This document shows, in pieces, positions 1-11,031 of a stretch of 64,000 bases of DNA. Origin of the DNA: Elusimicrobiota bacterium (GTDB taxonomy: Bacteria; Elusimicrobiota; Elusimicrobia; FEN-1173); the NCBI GenBank assembly GCA_016714745.1, contig JADKCG010000011.1, positions 41,690-105,689 of the forward strand. Reading direction: 5' to 3'. The notes beneath the pieces are model-generated. The model had not been told where the DNA came from and searched no databases. It worked only from the letters and a program-made list of their open reading frames with translations. Each line of letters begins with the position of its first letter. Position 1 is the stretch's first letter. A program made the translations under genes and the position numbers.

Positions 1-820
1 TGGTTTCCAAATCGATTTGGGTCACGTCCCCGGTGATCACCATGCGGGACCCGTTGCCCATGCGGGTGAGGAACATCTTCATTTGTTCGGGCGTGGTGTT
101 TTGGGCCTCGTCGAGGATGGCAAACGCTTCGTCCAAGGTGCGTCCCCGCATGTAGGCCAAGGGGACGATCTCAATGACCTCTTCATCCCGCATGGTGCGA
201 AACCGGTCAGCGCCCACCATGCTGTGAAAAGCGTCGTACAGGGGTTTTAAATAGGGATGGACTTTCTCATAGAAATCGCCGGGCAGGAACCCCAACTTTT
301 CCCCCGCTTCCACGACAGGACGGGTCAAAACGATGCGGGACACCAGCCCCCGTTCCAAAGCCGCCACGGCACAGGCCACCGCCAGAAACGTTTTTCCGGT
401 TCCCGCCGGGCCGATCCCGAACACCATTTCTTTTTCCTGAATGGCCTTGACGTAGGTTTTTTGGGTCGCGGATCGCGGGCGAATGGGCTGGCCCGTGACG
501 GACACCACAATCGCGTCTTGAGACGACGCGGCGTGCGAAATTCCAGGAACGGGAACTTCCACCGGGTCCGCCCCCGCGCCTTTCCGTCGGGAAAGAACGG
601 CGGATTTCTTCATTTCTCCCAGCGTGGCGATGGCCTGTTCCACGGGTTTTGGTTTTCCCCGCACCGCCAAGGTCACCCCCCCCTCGTTGATCCTGTCCGA
701 GGGCCGAACAAACACCTGCACCCCAAACCGCCGTTCAATCTCTTTAATGTTCCTGTCGTGAGGGCCAAAAAGAAGCACCGCTTCCTCTTGATCCGATAAG
801 GCCACTCGGCGAGTTACCAT
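1..820 (-). CDS. phoH: PhoH-family ATPase (3' end runs off the window)
   Basis: Reverse-strand translation from ATG at 818-820 gives MVTRRVALSDQEEAVLLFGPHDRNIKEIERRFGV..., Walker A GPAGTGKTFLAVA and ILDEAQNTTPEQMKMFLTRMGNGSRMVITGDVTQIDL. It is absent from the ORF track because no stop lies inside the window. Confidence 0.85.
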   Translation of the reverse strand, partial: MVTRRVALSDQEEAVLLFGPHDRNIKEIERRFGVQVFVRPSDRINEGGVTLAVRGKPKPVEQAIATLGEMKKSAVLSRRKGAGADPVEVPVPGISHAASSQDAIVVSVTGQPIRPRSATQKTYVKAIQEKEMVFGIGPAGTGKTFLAVACAVAALERGLVSRIVLTRPVVEAGEKLGFLPGDFYEKVHPYLKPLYDAFHSMVGADRFRTMRDEEVIEIVPLAYMRGRTLDEAFAILDEAQNTTPEQMKMFLTRMGNGSRMVITGDVTQIDLET

Positions 821-827
821 AAAAGGG

Positions 828-2611
<1,784 letters not shown>

Positions 2612-2625
2612 ATGAAAGTCCCCCT

Positions 2626-2705
2626 GTCGTTGCCCCATTCATGGGGCGACGTTGACGCAACTCGTTGAGATTCAAAAAAATTCGCCCGATAAATCGGGCA
2701 ACGAC
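2626..2705. repeat. About 80-nt element with terminal inverted repeats GTCGTTGCCC...GGGCAACGAC and two hairpins (copy 1 of 2)
   Basis: gtcgttgccccattcatggggcgacg ... ttcgcccgataaatcgggcaacgac. Its reverse complement aligns with 28258-28333. Confidence 0.7.
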
Positions 2706-3985
2706 TAATTCGTTTTTCCAATAGAGGTCAACAACCGGTCGACGACTTCCACCAGAGGAATCTCTTCTTGGCTATGACTCCTTAAATTTTTTAAAACCAC
2801 GGCGCCTTTCTTTAATTCCTCTTCCCCCACCAACACCAGCCAATCCGCGCCCCACCCATCCGCCGCACGAAACTGGGCCTTAAGACTTTTGGTCGACGCC
2901 CCGATCTCAATAGCGGGCATTCGCCCGCTTTTCACGAAAGTCCTTAATTTTTGGGCAAGCGTAAAGGCCGTGACGCTTGTGCCAACACCGGCTTGGGCGA
3001 TAAAGATCTTTTTGGGCGGGGGAGCGGAGAACCCTTGGGCTTGCAACGCCCGTGCGACGCGGTCCACCCCCAAAGCAAACCCCACGGCGGGGGTGTCTGG
3101 ACCACCCAAAAGTTTGACCAATCCGTCATATCGACCCCCGGCACCGATGGCGTCTTGGGATCCCTGTCCCGGCGCGGTCACTTCAAACACGGTACGCGTG
3201 TAATAATCGAGGCCCCGAACCAATCGCGGCGATTCTTCAAAGGAAAAGGGGGTCGCCTTCAAGAGGGAATAAACCTCGTCCCGATGGGCGCGACAGGCGT
3301 CGCACAAATGGTCCGCCATGAGCGGCGCTTCGGTAAATTTGGGGCCGTCCCCCTTACAGTCCAAGGCGCGGAGAGGATTGCGTTCCAGCCGGCGGACACA
3401 ATTTTCGCACAGGTCCGATTTTCGTTCGGTGAGATAGGCTTTCAAGGCTTCCCGGTAAGCGGGCCGACAGACCGCGCACCCGATGGAGTTCACCAAAAAC
3501 CGAACTCCGTTCGTCAATCCCGACGACGTCAAAATGTCCCGGACCAAAAGGAGCGTTTCCGCATCGGCCTGAGGGGACGGGTTGCCAAAACTTTCCCCCC
3601 CGATCTGCCAAAATTCTCGATAGCGCCCCGCCTGGGGCCGTTCGGCCCGGAACATGGGGCCGCCATACCACAGTTTTTTGACGGGGGCCGATTGGTCCCA
3701 TCCATGTTCCAGATAAGCGCGGACCACGCCGGCGGTGCCTTCCGGACGCAGAGCCAAAGGCCGGCCGCCCCGATCTTCAAACAGATACATTTCTTTTTCG
3801 ACGATGTCGGTCGTGTCGCCCACGGCCCGAGAAAAAAGGTCAGCGCTTTCAAACGTCGGTGTCCGAATTTCTTCGTACCCATACATCTCAAAACATGCCC
3901 CCGCACACCCTTCCAAACGACGAAAGGTGCGAACATCAAGATCCACGATATCCCGGGTTCCCCGGGGAGCGCTGGGGCGTGTCAT
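2705..3985 (-). CDS. hisS: Histidyl-tRNA synthetase
   Basis: 426-aa ORF with RGTRDI..., LFSRAVGDTTDIVEKEMY, LRPEGTAGVVRAY, YGGPMFRAERPQAGRYREFWQ and a C-terminal anticodon-binding-like region. Confidence 0.92.
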   Translation of the reverse strand: MTRPSAPRGTRDIVDLDVRTFRRLEGCAGACFEMYGYEEIRTPTFESADLFSRAVGDTTDIVEKEMYLFEDRGGRPLALRPEGTAGVVRAYLEHGWDQSAPVKKLWYGGPMFRAERPQAGRYREFWQIGGESFGNPSPQADAETLLLVRDILTSSGLTNGVRFLVNSIGCAVCRPAYREALKAYLTERKSDLCENCVRRLERNPLRALDCKGDGPKFTEAPLMADHLCDACRAHRDEVYSLLKATPFSFEESPRLVRGLDYYTRTVFEVTAPGQGSQDAIGAGGRYDGLVKLLGGPDTPAVGFALGVDRVARALQAQGFSAPPPKKIFIAQAGVGTSVTAFTLAQKLRTFVKSGRMPAIEIGASTKSLKAQFRAADGWGADWLVLVGEEELKKGAVVLKNLRSHSQEEIPLVEVVDRLLTSIGKTN

Positions 3986-4031
3986 AGGGGAAGACGAGGG
4001 GGATTTTACAACTTTAACGGACCGAACGGAG

Positions 4032-5357
4032 CTACCAAGAACGGTTGGTTTCTTTCCAAGAGAGGAGGTGGATGGGCGCGTTGGCCCACACCACTTTGTT
4101 CAGGACAGCCGGATCAAAATACACTTGAGTTCCCTCAAACATGCCCGTGTTACCACCAACCTGAAGGATTCCAACCATCTTACTTGATTCCCTCAGATCG
4201 GGATCGATGCTGTAAAAATAACCGTGAATTTGAACGTTCGGGATGTCGTAGCAACAATGGTTCGGCTGTGCATAGACACCAACAAAGTTGTTGTTCCATT
4301 CCGCCACTCCCGTTGTTCCGGCTCTCACCGTCGTTCCTTCATAGTGAACCGGCGCTGTGGCGGGAATCGTGGCACGAAAAACATGAAAGGGAATATTGCT
4401 GTTGTATAAACTGACGCCCCCCTGAGGATCGATGACAGCCTCTACATCCAAGAAAGCCCGTCGGATGAATGCAAACGAACTCCCGGTCGTTTCAAAATAC
4501 AAGACGGAAGTGGAACTCCGAAACTCATAATGATTCCCCAATAATTCCGGCAGGGCAGAGAATTTGTCGAATGTGATTAAATTTCCTGGATTCAACGAAA
4601 CCTGAAAATAACCCGAATTCGGGGGGTTTCTGACCACGGGATTTCCATCCGATCGACTAATTTGGCCAGTGGCGGAGGTGTTTGGCACTGTTGAATTCAT
4701 GGCTTTCGCCTTATAGTAGGCAAGGTCCGGCGCGGGATGCGAACCCATATTTGTTTGAAACGACCAATTGTCCACATTGTTTGTGTTGGGAGGTGTCGGA
4801 TCGGTATCGCGAGGAGTGGCCCCCGAACTGAAGTAACGCGGGAATGCCGTTCCCGCAGTGCCAAAGAAGTTGCCGTAACTCCTGACCGCCCCCCAATGAA
4901 CTTGGGGTAAAGCTGATTCGCTAAAACTAAACCCTTTATTAAAAATTAAACCGGTGTCGGGGTTCATGGGGGCGTATTCCGCCTCAATCACGCGAACTTC
5001 TTGGGTGGATTTATCCCGCCCCTTTCCCACCACAAGAACCGTGCCCGGGGTGCTCCCGGGCGTCAGAATGACCTTATAAGATCCTCCATTAACATCCTCG
5101 TAAGTGCGGTCATCCCGATACCCGGCGATCGGGACCCCAGCGGCGGCGTTCGTCCAATTCACCCAGTTCTCCGATAATTTGGCCACGCCCTTGGAAACGC
5201 CCACTTCACCCAGCTGAAAAGCCAAGGTGGCTTTCGATTTTTTAACCGCCTGTTTTGATTCGTTCTGCAAAAGTTGGATCACGAGGGGAAAAAACAAAAG
5301 CACCAACAACACAATTCCCACGAACGCGGCCAGCATGTTTCCTCGGGGGTCTCTCAT
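4032..5357 (-). CDS. Hypothetical membrane-anchored protein, possibly a PilX-like pilus assembly protein
   Basis: 441-aa ORF with a single N-terminal TM helix (MLAAFVGIVLLVLLFFPLVIQLL) followed by a Thr/Asn/Gly-rich extracytoplasmic region. It is divergent from the pilin-like genes. Assignment rests on architecture and context only. Confidence 0.4.
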   Translation of the reverse strand: MRDPRGNMLAAFVGIVLLVLLFFPLVIQLLQNESKQAVKKSKATLAFQLGEVGVSKGVAKLSENWVNWTNAAAGVPIAGYRDDRTYEDVNGGSYKVILTPGSTPGTVLVVGKGRDKSTQEVRVIEAEYAPMNPDTGLIFNKGFSFSESALPQVHWGAVRSYGNFFGTAGTAFPRYFSSGATPRDTDPTPPNTNNVDNWSFQTNMGSHPAPDLAYYKAKAMNSTVPNTSATGQISRSDGNPVVRNPPNSGYFQVSLNPGNLITFDKFSALPELLGNHYEFRSSTSVLYFETTGSSFAFIRRAFLDVEAVIDPQGGVSLYNSNIPFHVFRATIPATAPVHYEGTTVRAGTTGVAEWNNNFVGVYAQPNHCCYDIPNVQIHGYFYSIDPDLRESSKMVGILQVGGNTGMFEGTQVYFDPAVLNKVVWANAPIHLLSWKETNRSW

Positions 5358-5392
5358 GCCCTAACCATACACCCAAAACCCAACAATTTCAA

Positions 5393-5409
5393 CCCCCCCC
5401 CAAAAAAAA
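5393..5409. repeat. Homopolymer tract C9A8 in the divergent intergenic region
   Basis: aaccccccccc aaaaaaaa lies directly upstream of a TTGAAA(5422-5427)-N17-CATACT(5445-5450) promoter-like element for the pilin-like gene. Confidence 0.8.
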
Positions 5410-5475
5410 CAAAAACACCCCTTGAAAATTTTCTCTTTCGGGGGCATACTGGGTCAGATGAAGGGAGGAGGACCC

Positions 5476-6285
5476 ATGCGAGCGGCAAAAAATGTCCCAT
5501 CTTCCATAAAAGGCGTGACCTTGGTCGAATTGATGGTGATGAGCGTTATCGCGTCCCTGGTGGCGATCACCGTCATCCAAGGTTTTTCTGGAATTAGCAA
5601 AGGGATCATTGCCAGCCGATTTAAATCCCTGGGAACTCAGTTGGCGAACGAAAAAATGCAACTCATAAAGAGCACCCCCTACTATCGATTGCTTGTTTCC
5701 AGCCAGACGGTTGTTCCCACAGGGTTAGGTTCTCTCACGCCGACTGTCCAGAGCGACGAATTTAACCATCCCCCCACCGTTTCGATCGTGAATGGGGTTA
5801 CGTTTACCGCTTACACCAGAGTTCAACGTGTCGCGAAAAACTCGGCTGAAACATTGGACGTGGTCAGCTGGAACGCCCCTGAAACGGGAATTAAGCAGAT
5901 AACGGTGGACGTGGTATGGACGGAACGCAATACACTAAGACGCAGTCGTTTGATCAATCTCTTAGAAAATTCCAGCCGATTGGTTGCAAATGGGGTTTTC
6001 GTTGGGGAGGTGTGGAATGGCACCTCATTTTTGCCAAACGCTCTTGTTGAAACACTGGAAGACTCTTCATTAAAGGTCCTGTCGGACGCCGGAGGGAATT
6101 ACCGCCTGAACGCCCCCGTGGGAACTTATACCCTACGCGCATCCAAGCGAGGCTTTTTCCCGAAACCATTTTCAATTGTGTCATCACCAACTCGGCCCCA
6201 CAAACCACAGTCAATTTCACCAACCTGGTTCTCATGTCGTCCGGCACCGTTTCGGGGTCAGTTTGGCACAATGACCATTTGGTGA
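5476..6285 (+). CDS. Prepilin-type N-terminal cleavage/methylation domain protein (N-terminal piece of a larger interrupted gene)
   Basis: ATG 5476 is preceded by GGGAGGAGG. The leader MRAAKNVPSSIKG is followed by VTLVELMVMSVIASLVAITVI (G/xTLxE pilin motif). Further on there is a CarboxypepD_reg-like stretch (GNYRLNAPVGTYTLRASKRGFFP). The frame degenerates after about 6160. Confidence 0.7.
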   Translation: MRAAKNVPSSIKGVTLVELMVMSVIASLVAITVIQGFSGISKGIIASRFKSLGTQLANEKMQLIKSTPYYRLLVSSQTVVPTGLGSLTPTVQSDEFNHPPTVSIVNGVTFTAYTRVQRVAKNSAETLDVVSWNAPETGIKQITVDVVWTERNTLRRSRLINLLENSSRLVANGVFVGEVWNGTSFLPNALVETLEDSSLKVLSDAGGNYRLNAPVGTYTLRASKRGFFPKPFSIVSSPTRPHKPQSISPTWFSCRPAPFRGQFGTMTIW

Positions 6286-6297
6286 TCAGCCGAGTGT

Positions 6298-8028
6298 GTG
6301 AACAAAAGTTTGGTGGGTGGGGAAATGCAAGAATACGTGGAAATTTTTAATTTCACCACCTGGACCTGGACCGTTGATGGACAAATAGGCCTGATGTTCC
6401 AGCGGCGATTGGTCCAGGACCCTCAACCGATCCCGATTGCCATCAATTATGCCGGCGGTGGTAACACGATTGCCCCGAACAAATTCTTCCTTTTTGCAAG
6501 CTCAACGACCATTGACATAAGCGGTGCCTTCCGCGTCGCGGACGCTTCCTGGGACCAAACGGCGAGCGCGGCGGCCTGCAATCTCGCGGCGGTGAATAAC
6601 GATGCCTGCTTTCCATATTTTGATTCGACCGCGGTGACATTTGACATCATTCCTTATAATGATGTTGATTACCCAACCGAAGGCGCGGGAGTATTGACTC
6701 TTTATGTTAAGGGCTCAGGAATAATCCTTGACCGGGTCGGATGGGATGGTCCTGGGGCGGTCTCTCCGGCATTCTATGAAACAAGCCCGATGATGACAGG
6801 AGGCGGGATAAAAAATGGCCAAGTCATTTATCGGAAAAACACACCGCCGGGAGGATGGGATGAAACCGTTGGGCCGGCATACGATAGCAACAACAACAAC
6901 CTCGATCTGCAGTTGGCTCCTGCCATTCCCCACTTTCCTCCCCGAAACACATCGTCCGCCGCATTGCCTATCAAAGCCGGTGTTCCTTCAGTCGGCGCCT
7001 TTGTTTTCGCCAACGATGGACTTTCTCAATTGGTTCAGGCGATCGCCGCGGGATCTCCTCCCGAAGCCAAGTTCACGTTACCGAACATCGCCACGGGAAC
7101 CTGGACGGTCAACGCGTCCACTGCCAATTACTTCCTCAGTTTTGCAACCTCTGTAATGGCCGGGGTTACCGTGTCCACCTCTCTCATACTCAATACCCCG
7201 GCGCAATATGGCTTTTTAAGCGGGTACATCAAAGACACGACGAACCAAGTTATCTCTAATATTTATGTCAATCCCGGAAACGGACGGTCTGACTTAACAG
7301 GTTTTTACCGTATTGCGGCACCTCCCGGGTTTCAAAAAATTTTCGGGAACCCTAACCAGGAAAATCCGAACTTTGTGCAAACGAGCTGTATGGTCAATGT
7401 CCCACTGGCTAAAGAAACCGGATACAACATTTCATTGAATATCGCCGGAAAAATTTCCGGCTGGGTAACAACCGATGGAACAACACCGCTCCCAGGGATT
7501 TCCGTTAAGGCACTGAACCAATATGGTGGCATAAATCAAGTCGCGTCCACCGGGCATGATGGAAGGTTTGAATTGAAAGTGGATAGCACTGGGGACTACT
7601 CAATTCTCCCCGCGCCATCCGCGGGCGAATCGGTTGTCCCGGCCTCCAAAAACGTAACGATCAGCGGGGGAACCTCCTCGGTCTTTGTGGGCACGTTTAC
7701 CGTTTCGTCAAACCTCGGCACATTGGCCGGGTCGGTCACCGCTCAAGGGAAACCCATTTCAACGGGCGTTTATATCATCGCGAGCACCGGGACGGTCCCC
7801 GCCACTCCCCCAGTGATCGACCACTCCTTTCGCCAGAGCGGAACGGTCTTTTTGTCTGGATCGTCCCGAAGCGATGGGACCTATTCCCTTCCCGTCACAC
7901 CGGGGACTTACACAGTGGCCGCCTGGTACACCACACTGAGCGGAAACACCCCAACCGTTGTGCGCAAAGACTTTTCCAACATTGTGGTTTCTGCCAACCA
8001 AAAAACCACACTTAATATCCCATGGTGA
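6298..8028 (+). CDS. Secreted repeat protein with a lamin-tail-like (EYVEIFN) segment and several carboxypeptidase-regulatory-like beta-sandwich repeats; probably the C-terminal part of the preceding gene
   Basis: 576-aa ORF. It shows QEYVEIFNFTTWTWTV (LTD-like EFVELYN motif) and repeated G.Y.L/TPGTYTV motifs (GDYSILPAPS, TPGTYTVAAWY). Confidence 0.55.
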   Translation: MNKSLVGGEMQEYVEIFNFTTWTWTVDGQIGLMFQRRLVQDPQPIPIAINYAGGGNTIAPNKFFLFASSTTIDISGAFRVADASWDQTASAAACNLAAVNNDACFPYFDSTAVTFDIIPYNDVDYPTEGAGVLTLYVKGSGIILDRVGWDGPGAVSPAFYETSPMMTGGGIKNGQVIYRKNTPPGGWDETVGPAYDSNNNNLDLQLAPAIPHFPPRNTSSAALPIKAGVPSVGAFVFANDGLSQLVQAIAAGSPPEAKFTLPNIATGTWTVNASTANYFLSFATSVMAGVTVSTSLILNTPAQYGFLSGYIKDTTNQVISNIYVNPGNGRSDLTGFYRIAAPPGFQKIFGNPNQENPNFVQTSCMVNVPLAKETGYNISLNIAGKISGWVTTDGTTPLPGISVKALNQYGGINQVASTGHDGRFELKVDSTGDYSILPAPSAGESVVPASKNVTISGGTSSVFVGTFTVSSNLGTLAGSVTAQGKPISTGVYIIASTGTVPATPPVIDHSFRQSGTVFLSGSSRSDGTYSLPVTPGTYTVAAWYTTLSGNTPTVVRKDFSNIVVSANQKTTLNIPW

Positions 8029-8519
8029 AACGTCGTCCGGGGTACACTCTGGTGGAATTGATGGTGGTCTCCGCCGTTTTGGCTCTTCTGTTCTCTCTCG
8101 GGTCGACCCTGCTCATGAGAATCAATACTTTTCTTCGCCTTTCTGTCGGTAAAATCGAAACCCAAAGGGATGTGCGAAACTTGTTAACGATGATCACCTC
8201 GGAAATCCGACTGGCGAGATCGTCTCAAGTTGCCCTTTCTTGTAACGATAATGCCCAACCCCCGTACAGCAAGATCACCTTTCAGAAATACCAAGGGGAC
8301 ACCATCTCCTTCTGGCAATCCGGTCGATCCCTTGTGATGCAAAAGAACGGCGCCCTCAATGTCCTTTCAAAAAATATTCGATCGCTGATGTTTTCTTATC
8401 CCTCCACCAGCGATCCAAGCCTCCTGACGGTTCTCTTAACCATCGAGAAAGCCGACGGAACTGGCAGGACCCAGGCCCTTCAGTTGGGGGGCGAAACCAT
8501 TCGGATTTTGAACGAGTAA
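8022..8519 (+). CDS. Prepilin-type N-terminal cleavage/methylation domain protein (pseudopilin/minor pilin)
   Basis: MVKRRPG/YTLVELMVVSAVLALLFSLG. The start overlaps the upstream stop (ATGGTGA). Confidence 0.8.
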   Translation: MVKRRPGYTLVELMVVSAVLALLFSLGSTLLMRINTFLRLSVGKIETQRDVRNLLTMITSEIRLARSSQVALSCNDNAQPPYSKITFQKYQGDTISFWQSGRSLVMQKNGALNVLSKNIRSLMFSYPSTSDPSLLTVLLTIEKADGTGRTQALQLGGETIRILNE

Positions 8520-8524
8520 CGCCC

Positions 8525-10519
8525 ATGGACGTTCCAATCCGGGCGCTCGCGGCCAGCAAAATACCGCTGTTTACCGGTCTGACAGATGAGGACCGGGCCC
8601 TGGTGTATTCCCTCTTTCACGAAAAACATCTAACGACGGGTGAAATCCTTTTTCACCAAGGAGATCCCGGCACTGCCCTTCATCTCCTGATGAGCGGGCA
8701 AGTCAAAACGGTTCAGGAACAAAATGGAAAAACCCACATCTTGGCCACCCTGGGTCGCCGGGGAGACGTTTTAGGGGAAATGGCTCTTTTAGGCGGGGAA
8801 CCTCGACCCGGAACCGCGACAGCGGTTGAACCAACCGTCCTGCTGGAATTGAACCGGAGCGATTTCGAGGCCGCCTTGGGACGATCCCCCTCCTTGGCCA
8901 TTGCTCTCTCCCGCCATTTAACATTTCGGCTCATGCAAGTGAATCAACGCCCGGCCCATGTTCGCTCCCAAGGGAAGGTCTTTGTCCTCATGGGCGCGCT
9001 TCCGCCCAAAGAACGGATGGGCTTCGCTCTCAATCTCGCGCTCTCCACCTTGGAACAAACCCGACTCAGGGTGTTGATGGTTGAAGTGGCGGAGGACAAC
9101 ACCGACACCACCGTCGCCCACCTCAGCCGAAACACGTGGACGGCCCCCCCCATGGACCTCCAAGATTTTCAAACCGTCGAAGGTCTGCGCGCCTTGACGT
9201 TTGGCCATGCCTCCGGACTCGATGTTCTTTCTCTCCCAGAACAATGGCTTTCGGGGCGACTTTTCGGAGGGCTTTACCCTCTCGTCTCAACAGCGCGGCA
9301 AGAATGGGATGTTGTCTTCATCTCATTGCCTGGACGCCCTTCCCGAGCCGCCCGGGCGCTTTGGGAAGATGCGGATCGAACCTTTTATGTGCGGGAGGAA
9401 ACCGCCGAAAAAGGGGGGCCCCTTTGGCGGGAATTGGAAAGCGTGGTACCTTCCCCGCAATTGGACCTGGTGGAATTACAACGAAGCTCTGCTCCAAGAC
9501 GAAACCGCCCCGGCCGATTTTACATCCCTTGGCGGGAGGGGATTGGTATTCCCAGCGGTGAAGAGTGGTTGTTTCTCAAGTCCATCGATGGCCCTATCCA
9601 AAAGGGCCTGGACCGGATGGCGCGGCACCTCGCGGGGTTGCGAATTGGACTCGCCATGGGATCGGGAGCGGCCCTGGGATATTCGATTATTGGGGTGTTG
9701 CGTTCCCTCGAACGAAATGGAGTTTTTCCTGACCTTTTGGCAGGGACCTCCATGGGCGCGTTGATCGGAAGCTTTTACGCCGCCGGACGGTCTGTGGACG
9801 AACTGGAAATGATCGCTCTCAGCATCACTAAAAAACGACTTTGGTCCATGGCAGACATGGCTCTTCCCTGGAAAGGGGTGGTGGTGGGAAACGGCGTCCT
9901 CCGATTCCTGAAATCGATTTTAGGGGATACGACCTTCGATCAACTGCAACGGCCTTTTGCCTGTGTGGCCACTGATATCAACACCGGAATGGAACGGGTG
10001 TTGCGCCATGGCTCTGTGGCTGAGGCCGTCCGCGCGTCTCTTTCATTGCCGTTCTTTTTTGAACCATTTTATTTGCAAGGCCGTTATCTGGTCGATGGTG
10101 GGCTGGTGAACCCGATCCCGACCTCCATCGTTCGCGCCATGGGCTCGGACATCATCCTTGCCGTCAACAACACCACAGCGCCGTCGTTAAAAGGGAATCA
10201 CGGAAAACGGACCCCGCGCCCCTCCGTCTTTAACCCCGTTCACGGCCCCCACATCTTCAAGGTCATGGCAAAAACGCTTTATACCATGCAATATGGGATT
10301 GCCAAAACCGGCGCCAGCGAAGCCGATGTGGTCATCACCCCCGATATGTCCGAGTTCGCCTGGATGGAGTTCCACCGAGCGGCAGACATCATTAAAATCG
10401 GCGAAGAACAAACCGAAAAAACGATGCCAAAAATTAGGGCCAAACTCCCCTATTTCGCCGACAATAGCCGACGTCATCTACGTCAAAGAATCCCACCCCC
10501 CCCCCTTTTTATTTCATAA
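8525..10519 (+). CDS. Cyclic-nucleotide-binding domain / patatin-like phospholipase fusion protein
   Basis: The N-terminus resembles a cNMP-binding domain (GEILFHQGDPGTALHLLMSGQVK...GEMALLGGEPRPGTA). The patatin core shows GLAMGSGAALGYSIIGVL, GTSMGALIGSFYA and DGGLVNPIP. Confidence 0.8.
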   Translation: MDVPIRALAASKIPLFTGLTDEDRALVYSLFHEKHLTTGEILFHQGDPGTALHLLMSGQVKTVQEQNGKTHILATLGRRGDVLGEMALLGGEPRPGTATAVEPTVLLELNRSDFEAALGRSPSLAIALSRHLTFRLMQVNQRPAHVRSQGKVFVLMGALPPKERMGFALNLALSTLEQTRLRVLMVEVAEDNTDTTVAHLSRNTWTAPPMDLQDFQTVEGLRALTFGHASGLDVLSLPEQWLSGRLFGGLYPLVSTARQEWDVVFISLPGRPSRAARALWEDADRTFYVREETAEKGGPLWRELESVVPSPQLDLVELQRSSAPRRNRPGRFYIPWREGIGIPSGEEWLFLKSIDGPIQKGLDRMARHLAGLRIGLAMGSGAALGYSIIGVLRSLERNGVFPDLLAGTSMGALIGSFYAAGRSVDELEMIALSITKKRLWSMADMALPWKGVVVGNGVLRFLKSILGDTTFDQLQRPFACVATDINTGMERVLRHGSVAEAVRASLSLPFFFEPFYLQGRYLVDGGLVNPIPTSIVRAMGSDIILAVNNTTAPSLKGNHGKRTPRPSVFNPVHGPHIFKVMAKTLYTMQYGIAKTGASEADVVITPDMSEFAWMEFHRAADIIKIGEEQTEKTMPKIRAKLPYFADNSRRHLRQRIPPPPLFIS

Positions 10520-10600
10520 TCCGGACAGGGATGAGCTAGGATGTTCTTACAAAATAGAATATATACAAAATAGACAACGTCCCCTACTTTTTGGCTTTTT

Positions 10601-11031
10601 TTACCAGGTGGACCATAGACGGCCGGTGGAGTCTTGGTGGGTGCAATTTACTTCTAGGGAGCCCAGGGCGGCGGTATACATCCAATCGCCACCGTCGGTA
10701 TAGGCTCCGACGTAATCTTGGACGGCTTGCGATTCTGGGTGGTTCCCTGGGGGGGGAACGCGACAGGAGGGAAATGTTTCTATGTAACGGGCCCGCTGGC
10801 CAGGGCCGACGGAAGTTCTCCTACCCCTGGAAAACGGCCTTCGTTATCGGCATAATAAATCGAGAGGGCGGAACGGAGGGCTCCCAGGGCCCCCTTCGTG
10901 GAAGATTCTTTTGCCCGAATCACCATGTTGCCAAACTTGGGGATGACCACAGAGGAAAGAATCGACACGATCGCCACGGTGACCATCAGTTCGATCAAAG
11001 TGAATCCCAACGCCCAGGAACGCATTCTCAT
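10601..11031 (-). CDS. Type IV pilin/PulG-like pseudopilin, frame interrupted once
   Basis: MRMRSWALG/FTLIELMVTVAIVSILSSVVIPKF... The ORF stops at 10780. The next frame continues RYIETFP...DYVGAYTDGGDWMYTAALGSLEVNCTHQDSTGRLWSTW to a stop at 10601-10603. The shift is in GGGCCC at about 10787-10795. Confidence 0.8.

Noticed and set aside
8525-10519. Patatin-like phospholipase as a CBASS-type (CapV-like) defence effector
   Set aside because: No cyclase/CD-NTase or other CBASS component is adjacent. The sensor is a classical cNMP-binding domain fused in cis, and the context is a pilin operon rather than a defence island.
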